Part shown: positions 37,800-45,851 of the stretch, in pieces
Position numbering within the stretch: position 1 is the first letter of the stretch
Layout: every line of letters starts with the position of its first letter
Source of the DNA: Myxococcaceae bacterium
Lineage (GTDB): Bacteria; Myxococcota; Myxococcia; Myxococcales; Myxococcaceae
Direction of reading: 5' to 3'
Length of the DNA stretch: 64,000 bases
Assembly: GCA_016793095.1 (NCBI GenBank)
Contig: JAEUJQ010000037.1
Coordinates: forward strand, 76,244 to 140,243
Translations under genes and position numbers: made by a program
The notes under the pieces: model-generated
What the model was told of the DNA's origin: nothing
The model's database searches: none
The model's input: the letters and a program-made list of their open reading frames with translations, nothing else

Positions 37800-39485
37800 A
37801 TGCCTCGTCGAGTCACCACGCCGCAGGTCCCCGCCGTTCCTTCTCCCACGCCAGCGACGACGCCGTCCGTCAACGGCACCACCGCGACGCCCGCGACCAC
37901 CGCGGTGAGCGGCGTTCGCGACGCCTTCACCAGCTCGGCGGCGCCGGCCATCGAGACCGTCTTCACGCCCGGCAACCAGGCGCTGCAGATGGAGCTCAAG
38001 GAGCTCGACGCCATCATCAACGCGCGCCGGGCCGACGCCAGGCAGTTCGCCACTCCTGGCGAGAACCCGTACCGGATTCAGTACGCGGTCTACAACCTCA
38101 CTGATCCGCAGGTCATCGCGAAGCTGACCGAGGCCTCGCGCGCCGGCATTCACGTGCAGCTGCTCATCGACTCGGCGCAGATCGCGCCCGACCGGCCCTG
38201 GAACACGGTGGTGGACGAGCTCAAGAGCGCGGGCTTCTCGCACGCCGAGACGCACAAGGGGCTGACCGAGGCTCAACGCCGCGACACGCAGATCATCGAG
38301 ATCGACATGGGGCGGGGCCTCTTCCACCTGAAGGCCCGCACCTTCCGCTACCCGGACCCGCAGACCGGCGCGCTCAAGGAGACGCTCCTCACCGGCTCGC
38401 ACAACCCGCAGGAGTCGGCGCACAAGAACAACGAGAGCCTGCACCGCGTCACCGACCCGGGCCTCATCGCGAAGTACACGGCGGCCATCGAAGCGCTGAA
38501 GGCGGGCAAGCCGATTCAGAACTCGTGGGACGAGGCGGCGCCGGTCAACGTCCTCTTCACCTCGCCGACCGCGAAGGGCACCCGCGTCGCCGACAAGCTG
38601 TTCTCGATGATCCGCGACGAGAAGGAGCTCATCTTCATCTCCGTCTTCACCCTGCGGAACATCACCAACAGCGAAGGGCGGACGAAGCTGGTGGACGAGC
38701 TGGCCGCGGCGAAGGCGCGCGGGGTGAAGGTGACGGTGGTGACCGACCAGAAGCAGGCTGACGGCGTGGACGTGGACGGGAACCCGCGCCCCGACTCGAG
38801 CGACGACGACACCGAGGACCTGCTGCGCGCCGCCGGTATCCCCACGTACGAGGTGACGAACCGCGCGGGCCCGCACACCGCGATGCACCTCAAGTCAGCA
38901 GTCTTCGGCCTCACCGACATGAAGGTCGTCACCGACGCGGGCAACTGGACCTTCTCGGCCATGGGCAGCAAGGCGTCGAGGCCGAAGAACGCCGAGTCGG
39001 TGCTCTTCATCGACTCGAAGAAGGCCGACGGGAACAAGACGGGCATGCAGTACCTCGGCGAGTACCTCAGCATCCTGAGGCGCTACGCCCCGCAGAACCA
39101 CGGCGGCCCCGAGGTCGAGAACCTCATTCGCGACCTGCAGGCCACGCCGGGCTGGCCGAAGGTGAAGGTGAACTTCGACGTCATCGCGCGCACGAACTGG
39201 GGCCAGGACGTCTACCTCGTCGGGAACACCCCCGAGCTCGGCGGCTGGGGCCAGACCGGGCCGGGCCTCAAGCTCGACACCGACTCCAGCACGTACCCGT
39301 CGTGGAAGGCGAAGGACGTCGAGCTGCCGCTGGGCACGACGCTCGAGTACAAGGTCATCAAGCGCAACCCCGACGGCCGCATCGACTGGGAGCCCGGGCA
39401 GAACGCCGTGCTGGTCGTGGACAACTCGCGCACGCAGACGCCGAAGACGCTCGACGTCCGCGATGACTTCAACGGCGACAGTTGA
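37800..39485 (+). CDS. Phospholipase D-like (HKD) protein with C-terminal CBM20-like domain
   Basis: Two HxK...GSHN/GNWT motifs (FHLKARTF...GSHNPQES; MHLKSAVF). C-terminal WGQDVYLVGNTPELGGWG...LEYKVIK resembles a starch-binding domain. 16 bp after the upstream gene. Confidence 0.8.
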   Translation: MPRRVTTPQVPAVPSPTPATTPSVNGTTATPATTAVSGVRDAFTSSAAPAIETVFTPGNQALQMELKELDAIINARRADARQFATPGENPYRIQYAVYNLTDPQVIAKLTEASRAGIHVQLLIDSAQIAPDRPWNTVVDELKSAGFSHAETHKGLTEAQRRDTQIIEIDMGRGLFHLKARTFRYPDPQTGALKETLLTGSHNPQESAHKNNESLHRVTDPGLIAKYTAAIEALKAGKPIQNSWDEAAPVNVLFTSPTAKGTRVADKLFSMIRDEKELIFISVFTLRNITNSEGRTKLVDELAAAKARGVKVTVVTDQKQADGVDVDGNPRPDSSDDDTEDLLRAAGIPTYEVTNRAGPHTAMHLKSAVFGLTDMKVVTDAGNWTFSAMGSKASRPKNAESVLFIDSKKADGNKTGMQYLGEYLSILRRYAPQNHGGPEVENLIRDLQATPGWPKVKVNFDVIARTNWGQDVYLVGNTPELGGWGQTGPGLKLDTDSSTYPSWKAKDVELPLGTTLEYKVIKRNPDGRIDWEPGQNAVLVVDNSRTQTPKTLDVRDDFNGDS

Positions 39486-39492
39486 GCGCGCG

Positions 39493-41076
39493 ATGTCGAG
39501 GCTCCTGTTGCTGGTGACCATCTCCGGCGTCTTCGCCTGTGGAACCACGCCGACCCGTCCCTGCTCGGCGGCGTCCTGCCCGCTCGGCTGCTGCAGCGCA
39601 GGCCGGTGCGAGCCCGGCACGCTCCCGTCGGCGTGCGGAACGAACGGCGCCGCCTGCGTCACCTGTCGAACGGGAGATCAGTGCACCTTGAACCGGTGCA
39701 CGTCCGCGGGTGGCGGGAGTTCTGGCGGCTCCTCGGCTGGCGGCTCCGCGGCTGGCGGCTCCTCGGCTGGCGGCTCCTCGGCTGGCGGCTCCACGGCTGG
39801 CGGCTCCGCGGCTGGCGGCTCCGCGGCTGGCGGCTCCACGGCTGGCGGCTCCGCGGCTGGCGGCTCCGCGGGTGGCGGCAGCGCGGGGGGCATGGCGGGA
39901 GGTGGTGCTGCGCGACGGTGGGCGAACCTGCAGTGGCCCCCCTGGGCGACCCTCGACGCCGGGGCGAGCCTGACGATGTACGGGCAGGTCTGGGTCGAGG
40001 GACGCACGGGCAGCGTCGGCGCGACGCCCGGACTCAGCGGAGAGGTGGGCTTCGGTCCTCACGGCACCCGGCCTGACGACCCGGACGCTGGCTGGAGCTG
40101 GCAGAGCACGACCTTCAACGTGGACGTCGGAAACAACGACGAGGTGCAGGGACCCGTGACGCCGCTGACGCCCGGCGTGTGGGACGTCGCGTTCCGCATG
40201 CGGCTGCCGGCGGCTTTCGCGGGAGCGGTCTTCGGCGACCGGAGCGACCGCGGCCGGGTCGGCAGCGACGACGGCTATCAGACGGAGAACGCAGGCCGGC
40301 TCGTGGTGCCCGGCCCGGGCGCGCGGCTCGAGGTCGCGAGCCTCAACCTCCAGTGCCTCACCGGTGACGTGGCGGCACGGCTCGACGCCGCGGCGCAGCG
40401 GTTCGCACAGCTCGGCACCGACGTCATCGCGCTGCAGGAGGTCTGTGTCCCGGCTCAAGACGCGGGCGTGACCGACACCGCTGAGATGCTCGCTGGCCTC
40501 CTCAGCACGCGCACGGGCCGACGCTGGACGAGCCGCTTCGCCTTCACGCACCTCGCGAACAACGTGACGCCCGAGGGCCTGGGCCTGGTGACGGCGCTGC
40601 CGCTGAGTGAGCTGCAGGTCATCGACCTGCCCGTGGGGGACTTCCAGCGGCGCGCCCTCATCGGCGTCGTCGCGTCCTCCGTCGGCATGGTCGCGGTGGC
40701 GGCGACCCACTTCTCGTTCCGCACCCAGGACGCGCAGGTGCGGGTCGCGCAGGCGAACGCCATCGTCACCGCCCTCGGCCAGTTGATGCCCGCCACGCCG
40801 CGCCAGTTGGTGCTCGGTGACCTGAACGCGATTCCCACCGAGGCCTGCCACGACGTCTTCCGCATGGCGGGCTTCGTCGATGCATGGAACGCAGTGCACC
40901 CCTCCCTCCCCGGCTTCACGCACACGAGCACGAGCCCCACCCGGCGCATCGACTACGTGTGGGCGCGAGGTCCGCTCGACGCGGTCGCGGCGGAGACCCA
41001 GTTCGGCGCCCCCTTCCGCGGTACCGAGTACGTGTCGGATCACCTCGGCCTGACCGTGGAGTTCTCGACGCGCTGA
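39493..41076 (+). CDS. EEP-family lipoprotein with Cys-rich head and Gly/Ser/Ala linker
   Basis: MSRLLLLVTISGVFACG lipobox. About 12 Cys in the first 60 aa. (AGGSx)n linker. EEP motifs DVIALQEV, GDLNAIP, RIDYVWA, SDHLGL. Confidence 0.8.
   Translation: MSRLLLLVTISGVFACGTTPTRPCSAASCPLGCCSAGRCEPGTLPSACGTNGAACVTCRTGDQCTLNRCTSAGGGSSGGSSAGGSAAGGSSAGGSSAGGSTAGGSAAGGSAAGGSTAGGSAAGGSAGGGSAGGMAGGGAARRWANLQWPPWATLDAGASLTMYGQVWVEGRTGSVGATPGLSGEVGFGPHGTRPDDPDAGWSWQSTTFNVDVGNNDEVQGPVTPLTPGVWDVAFRMRLPAAFAGAVFGDRSDRGRVGSDDGYQTENAGRLVVPGPGARLEVASLNLQCLTGDVAARLDAAAQRFAQLGTDVIALQEVCVPAQDAGVTDTAEMLAGLLSTRTGRRWTSRFAFTHLANNVTPEGLGLVTALPLSELQVIDLPVGDFQRRALIGVVASSVGMVAVAATHFSFRTQDAQVRVAQANAIVTALGQLMPATPRQLVLGDLNAIPTEACHDVFRMAGFVDAWNAVHPSLPGFTHTSTSPTRRIDYVWARGPLDAVAAETQFGAPFRGTEYVSDHLGLTVEFSTR
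39711..39905. repeat. In-frame tandem 15-bp repeats (about 12 copies) encoding (S/A)AGGS linker
   Basis: gctggcggctccNcg units read directly. Confidence 0.85.
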
Positions 41077-41162
41077 CCTCGGCGCGCCGGCTCCGGCGTG
41101 ACGGAGCGGGGCATGCTCGCGAGGGCGCGCTGGCCCGAGGGGGGCCTTCCCCGGCCGTCCAC

Positions 41163-41345
41163 CGACCTCACCATCGGCGACGTCCACTGGCTGAAGGTGG
41201 CCGAGCGCGAGGTGAACCGCGTGCAGCGCCCTCGTGGCCGAGCCGACCGCACCTGGACTGCTGCACGCCGGGTGGCAGCACGCGGCAGACGACCTGCCCG
41301 GCACGCTCGCCGCGTTGAAGGCGGACGAGGCCATCGTGTCCAGCA
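41163..41345 (+). pseudogene. Degenerate, frameshifted partial copy of codons about 37021-37205 of the spermidine-synthase-like gene
   Basis: Nucleotide and peptide similarity: AVWRHAADDLQGTLAALKSDEAIGSE versus AGWQHAADDLPGTLAALKADEAIVSS, and DVDWVKVAERRAQISRVPLPRG versus DVHWLKVAEREVNRVQRPRG, with a frame switch near 41235. Similarity is lost after 41345. Confidence 0.5.
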
Positions 41346-41476
41346 CGCCGCGCGACGCCGAGCGGGCCGTACACGGCGACCGTCACCGTCCCCTTGAGGG
41401 AGCGGCGGCCGAGGGGTGCAGCCTGAGCGCCTGGGCAGGCGGGGTAGCTCCGGTTCGGTGGCGCGGGCGGCGGTCT

Positions 41477-41854
41477 TCACCGCGACGCCGGGGGCCGCAG
41501 GTCGGCGAGCGCCTGGTCGACGTCGATGGTCGGGTCCGGCGTGAGGCTGATGACGAGGTCCTGCCTGCTGGGGACGACCTCGACGCGTACGCCCACCGTC
41601 GCCGGGCGCACCAGCGCTGTCCTGCGCCACAGCCGCCAGCCTCCATCGGGCGTCATCGCCTCGAGCTGGCCGAGCCACGCCCCCGGCACGCCACCCGACA
41701 CGACACGCCACCGCAGGAGCGAGGGGCTGCACGCCTCGAGGCGCTCGCCGGGCGCGTCGCTCAACGCGGTCAGCTCCCAGCCCTTCCATGGCTCGCAGGG
41801 CGCGACCTTCGGACAGCCGGACAAGGCGGGGACGAGCAGGAGCCAGCGCATCAT
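41477..41854 (-). CDS. Small lipoprotein (125 aa)
   Basis: MMRWLLLVPALSGC lipobox at the protein-like 3' end of an otherwise antisense-to-pepN ORF. Weak RBS. Confidence 0.5.
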   Translation of the reverse strand: MMRWLLLVPALSGCPKVAPCEPWKGWELTALSDAPGERLEACSPSLLRWRVVSGGVPGAWLGQLEAMTPDGGWRLWRRTALVRPATVGVRVEVVPSRQDLVISLTPDPTIDVDQALADLRPPASR

Positions 41855-41899
41855 CGAGACGATGCCGCACCGGCGGCCGGTGCTGCTACATCTCCCGCC

Positions 41900-44566
41900 A
41901 TGCTGAAGGACGCCACGCCGAAGACCATTCGCCTGTCCGAGTACCGCCCGCCCGACTTCGCCATCGAGCGCGTCGCCCTCACCTTCGACCTCGACGTGGA
42001 CCGCACCGAGGTCGAGGCCGAGCTCGTCTTCCGACGCCTCGGCGGCCTGGGTCCGCTCGTGCTCGACGGCGCCGACGACGCCGAAGGTTCGGGCCAGCTG
42101 CTCTCGCTGCGCATCGACGGCGTGGAGCCACCGGCCAGCGCGTTCACCGTCTCCGAGAACGGGCTCACCCTGCACGCCCCGAAGGACCGGTTCACGCTGA
42201 CGACCCGCCGCCGCCTGACGCCGTCGAAGAACAAGAGCCTCGAGGGCCTCTACGCCTCGGCGAGCGGGCTCTACACGCAGTGCGAGGCCGAGGGCTTCCG
42301 GAAGATCACCTGGTACCTCGACCGCCCCGACGTGATGAGCGTCTTCACCGTCACCCTGCGCGCCGACCCCGAGCGCTTCCCGGTGCTGCTCAGCAACGGC
42401 AACAAGGTGAGCGAGCGCGACGAGGTGGTGAACGGCCAGCGCCGGCGCGTGGCCGTGTGGCACGACCCGTTCAAGAAGCCCTGCTACCTCTTCGCCGTCG
42501 TCGCGGCGGACCTGGTGGCGCGCAAGGGCTCGTTCACCACCAGGAGCGGCCGCGCCGTCGAGCTCAACGTCTGGGTGCAGCCGCACGACCTCGACCAGAC
42601 GGCGCACTGCCTCGACAGCCTCGTCAAGTCGATGAGCTGGGACGAGACGCGCTTCGGCCGCGAGTACGACCTCGACGTCTTCAACCTCGTCGCCGTGTCG
42701 GACTTCAACATGGGCGCGATGGAGAACAAGGGCCTCAACGTCTTCAACACGAAGTTCGTGCTCGCCCGCCCCGACACCGCGACCGACGTGGACTTCGCGA
42801 ACATCGAGGGCGTCGTCGGCCATGAGTACTTCCACAACTGGTCGGGCAACCGCGTCACCTGCCGCGACTGGTTCCAGCTCTCGCTGAAGGAGGGCTTCAC
42901 GGTCTTCCGCGACCAGGAGTTCTCGAGCGACGTCGGCTCGCGCGCGGTGAAGCGCATCGAAGAGGTGCGGCGCCTGCGCAGCCTGCAGTTCCCCGAGGAC
43001 CAGGGACCGACGGCGCACCCGGTGCGACCCGATAGCTACGTCGAGATCTCCAACTTCTACACCGTCACCATCTACGAGAAGGGCGCCGAGGTGGTGCGCA
43101 TGTACCTCACGCTGCTCGGCGAGGAGGCCTTCCGCCGCGGCACCGACCTCTACTTCTCGCGGCACGACGGCCAGGCCGTGACGACCGACGACTTCCTCGC
43201 GTGCATGGCCGAGGTGAGCGGCCGCGACTTCCGCCAGTTCAAGCGCTGGTACTCGCAAGCCGGGACGCCGCGGGTGAGCGCGCGCGGAGCCTGGGACGAG
43301 CCCACGAAGACGTGGACGCTCACGCTCTCGCAGACGGTGCCGCCGACGCCGGATCAGCCGAGGAAGGAGCCGATGCACATCCCCGTCGTCACCGCACTGC
43401 TGGGGCGCGACGGCAAGCGGCTGCCGCTGGTCGTGAACGGCGAGCGGCGCGGCGTCGAGACCGTGCTCGAGCTCACCACCGACGAGGAGCGCTTCGCCTT
43501 CACCGGCCTGTCCGAGAAGCCGGTGCCGTCGCTCCTGCGGGGCTTCTCGGCGCCGGTGCAGCTCGAGACTGACGACGACGAGGCCGCCATCCTCTTCCGG
43601 CTCGCTCACGACGACGACGCCTTCAACCGCGTCGAGGCCGGCCAGGAGCTGTTCTTCCGGCACCTCTTCGCGAACGTCGCCGCGCTGCAGGCGGGCGGGG
43701 CACTGACCGAGCCTTCGACGGCGCTCGTCGATGCCGTGAAGACCGCGCTCGCGACCTCGCTCGAGCAGGGAGACCCGGCGTTGCTCGCCCTCGCGCTCTC
43801 GGTGCCAGGCATCGACCTCATCGGCGACCGGCTGCCGTGGGCGGACTACGCGAACGCCTTCCTCGCGCGCGAGCACCTCGTCACGGCGCTCGCCTCCACG
43901 CTCAGGCCCCTCATCAGCGACGTTGACGCGCACCTCTCGAAGGGCCTCGACGGAGCGCCGTACCGCTTCACCCCCGACGACGTGGGCCGCCGCAGCCTGC
44001 GCAACCTGATGGTGTCGTGGCGCGCGCGCCTGCCGGACGGAGAGCACCACGTCGTGGGCCACCTCCGCCGCGCCGGCTGCATGACCGACACCCAGGCCGC
44101 CCTCGCGCTGCTCGCGAACACCGAGAGCCGCGCACGCGACGAGGCGTTCGCCGCCTTCTACGCGCAGTGGAAGGGCGAGGCGCTCATGGTGGACAAGTGG
44201 TTCACCATGCAGGCCATGAGCACGCGGGCGCGGGCGCTCGACGATGTGCTCACGCTCACGACCCACGAGGCCTTCACGCTCGAGAACCCCAACCGCGCGC
44301 GCTCGGTCATCGCGTCGTTCGGCATGGCGAACCCGCTGCGCTTCCACGAGGCGTCGGGGCGCGGCTACGTCTTCCTGGCCGAGCAGGTGCGGGCCCTCGA
44401 CGTCTTCAACGCGCAGATCGCCGCCCGGTTGATGACGCCGCTGACGCGCTGGAAGCGGCAGGACCCGCCGCGGCAGGCGCTCATGAAGCGCGAGCTGCAG
44501 CGCATCCTCGACCGGGAGGGCTGCAGCAAGGACGTGTACGAGATCGCGACGAAGTCGTTGGCCTGA
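41900..44566 (+). CDS. pepN: Aminopeptidase N (M1 family)
   Basis: GAMENKGLNVFN and HEYFHNWSGN motifs with a PepN-like N-terminus (IRLSEYRPPDF). 888 aa. Confidence 0.92.
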   Translation: MLKDATPKTIRLSEYRPPDFAIERVALTFDLDVDRTEVEAELVFRRLGGLGPLVLDGADDAEGSGQLLSLRIDGVEPPASAFTVSENGLTLHAPKDRFTLTTRRRLTPSKNKSLEGLYASASGLYTQCEAEGFRKITWYLDRPDVMSVFTVTLRADPERFPVLLSNGNKVSERDEVVNGQRRRVAVWHDPFKKPCYLFAVVAADLVARKGSFTTRSGRAVELNVWVQPHDLDQTAHCLDSLVKSMSWDETRFGREYDLDVFNLVAVSDFNMGAMENKGLNVFNTKFVLARPDTATDVDFANIEGVVGHEYFHNWSGNRVTCRDWFQLSLKEGFTVFRDQEFSSDVGSRAVKRIEEVRRLRSLQFPEDQGPTAHPVRPDSYVEISNFYTVTIYEKGAEVVRMYLTLLGEEAFRRGTDLYFSRHDGQAVTTDDFLACMAEVSGRDFRQFKRWYSQAGTPRVSARGAWDEPTKTWTLTLSQTVPPTPDQPRKEPMHIPVVTALLGRDGKRLPLVVNGERRGVETVLELTTDEERFAFTGLSEKPVPSLLRGFSAPVQLETDDDEAAILFRLAHDDDAFNRVEAGQELFFRHLFANVAALQAGGALTEPSTALVDAVKTALATSLEQGDPALLALALSVPGIDLIGDRLPWADYANAFLAREHLVTALASTLRPLISDVDAHLSKGLDGAPYRFTPDDVGRRSLRNLMVSWRARLPDGEHHVVGHLRRAGCMTDTQAALALLANTESRARDEAFAAFYAQWKGEALMVDKWFTMQAMSTRARALDDVLTLTTHEAFTLENPNRARSVIASFGMANPLRFHEASGRGYVFLAEQVRALDVFNAQIAARLMTPLTRWKRQDPPRQALMKRELQRILDREGCSKDVYEIATKSLA

Positions 44567-44569
44567 GCG

Positions 44570-45025
44570 ATGTCCTCCACGTCGCGGGCGACGACGCTCT
44601 ACCGATGGATGCCGGTGCTGCTCGCCGCGCTGCCGGTCCTCCTGTGCCTCGCGAGCGGGCTCGTTCGCCGCGCCTTCCCACCCCCGCCTCCAGAGCCCTT
44701 TCCGCGCCTGCTCATCCCCGGGGGCGCGGCGTTCCTCTCGAAGGACGCTGGCGAGTCCGAGCACTGCTACGCGCACACCGTCGCCCGCGTGGGTCCCGTG
44801 TCGTCCGACGCCGCCGCGAGCTGGGCGAAGCGCCTCGACCTGCCCTGTGACGCCGACGTCGACGGCGGCGCTCCGTGTCCCGCGTGGTCGACCGCGCACC
44901 GCAAGGATCGGTCCTGGGGCCATGAGCAGGACGAGCCCGACGGCCTCGACACGGTGCAGGCGCGGCTCGACGGCACCACGCTGGTCGTGGACTGGGGTGA
45001 CTACCTCTGCGCCGGGCCGCTGTGA
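44570..45025 (+). CDS. Small secreted hypothetical protein (151 aa, 4 Cys)
   Basis: 3 bp after the pepN stop. Hydrophobic N-terminus MPVLLAALPVLLCLASGL. High GC3. Confidence 0.55.
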   Translation: MSSTSRATTLYRWMPVLLAALPVLLCLASGLVRRAFPPPPPEPFPRLLIPGGAAFLSKDAGESEHCYAHTVARVGPVSSDAAASWAKRLDLPCDADVDGGAPCPAWSTAHRKDRSWGHEQDEPDGLDTVQARLDGTTLVVDWGDYLCAGPL

Positions 45026-45148
45026 CGCCGCGCCGGCCTCACGTCCACCTCGCGCACGACACGTTGGCGAGCAGCACCTCGTCTGCGGCTAGCAACGAGG
45101 CGCCAGCAGCCAGCGCCCAGCCAGACCGCGACATGCGTCGCGAGCGAC

Positions 45149-45727
45149 TCAAGCCCCGATGTGGCGCACGTCGATGACTGCGTCCACGACGTGGCGCAGG
45201 CGCCGGCGCTGCCGCACGAGCGGCCACCAGTCGTAGAGCAGCGCCTCGAGCGGCCGCCACATCGCGACCCACCCGGTGATGACGAGGCCCTCGCGAACGA
45301 TCTGCCGCAGCGGCCCCTCGTCCATCCGGCGCCCCACCACCTCGGCCAGCGCGAGGAAGGACACGAGCACCGAGAGCCCGACCGCGAAGAGGTACCGGGT
45401 GCGCTGCCAGTGCGTCGTGAGCCGCGCCTGGGCGCGCTCCGCCTCGTGCCGGAAGTGGACGCGAATGGCCTCCGCAACCACCTCGGTCGGCAGCAACGGG
45501 TCCGCGTCGTCGAAGACCAGCACGAGGCTCACCGGACTGCTGGTGCCGACCTCCGCCACCGACGACACGATGTACTCGACCGCCTCGGGGTCGAGCTCAC
45601 GCTCTCGAAACGGCGCGGGGTCGCGGTTGTCGAAGAGGTGCCGCGGGCTCTTCAAGCGCAGGTCGATGCACCATCGCCCGTCGGCGAAGCGATAGCGCGA
45701 AGGCTGTGCCGGGGTGCTCGTCGTCAC
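45149..45727 (-). CDS. Hypothetical protein (192 aa) with C-terminal hydrophobic segment
   Basis: Protein-like composition, whereas the overlapping plus-frame ORF is Arg/Pro-rich junk. GTG start. Confidence 0.55.
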   Translation of the reverse strand: MTTSTPAQPSRYRFADGRWCIDLRLKSPRHLFDNRDPAPFRERELDPEAVEYIVSSVAEVGTSSPVSLVLVFDDADPLLPTEVVAEAIRVHFRHEAERAQARLTTHWQRTRYLFAVGLSVLVSFLALAEVVGRRMDEGPLRQIVREGLVITGWVAMWRPLEALLYDWWPLVRQRRRLRHVVDAVIDVRHIGA

Positions 45728-45851
45728 GTCGCGCTCTTACACCGCTCCCCCGGCCGCTCGGGCGACTCTTCTCGCAGCGCAACGTCCGTCTGTTGGGCGT
45801 TGACTCCCGCGTCCGTCGAGGCGAACACGTCACCCCTCAGGAGGCCCTCAC

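Noticed and set aside
34559-38053. ORFs 34559..35755(-), 34681..36384(+), 36335..38053(-) and others inside the spermidine-synthase-like gene
   Set aside because: Alternate-frame artefacts. The chosen frame has a TM topology and spermidine-synthase motifs.
41855-44923. Upstream 1020 codons of the 1148-aa minus ORF
   Set aside because: Antisense to pepN, whose frame has GAMEN/HExxH motifs. Only the last 125 codons (lipoprotein) look genuine.
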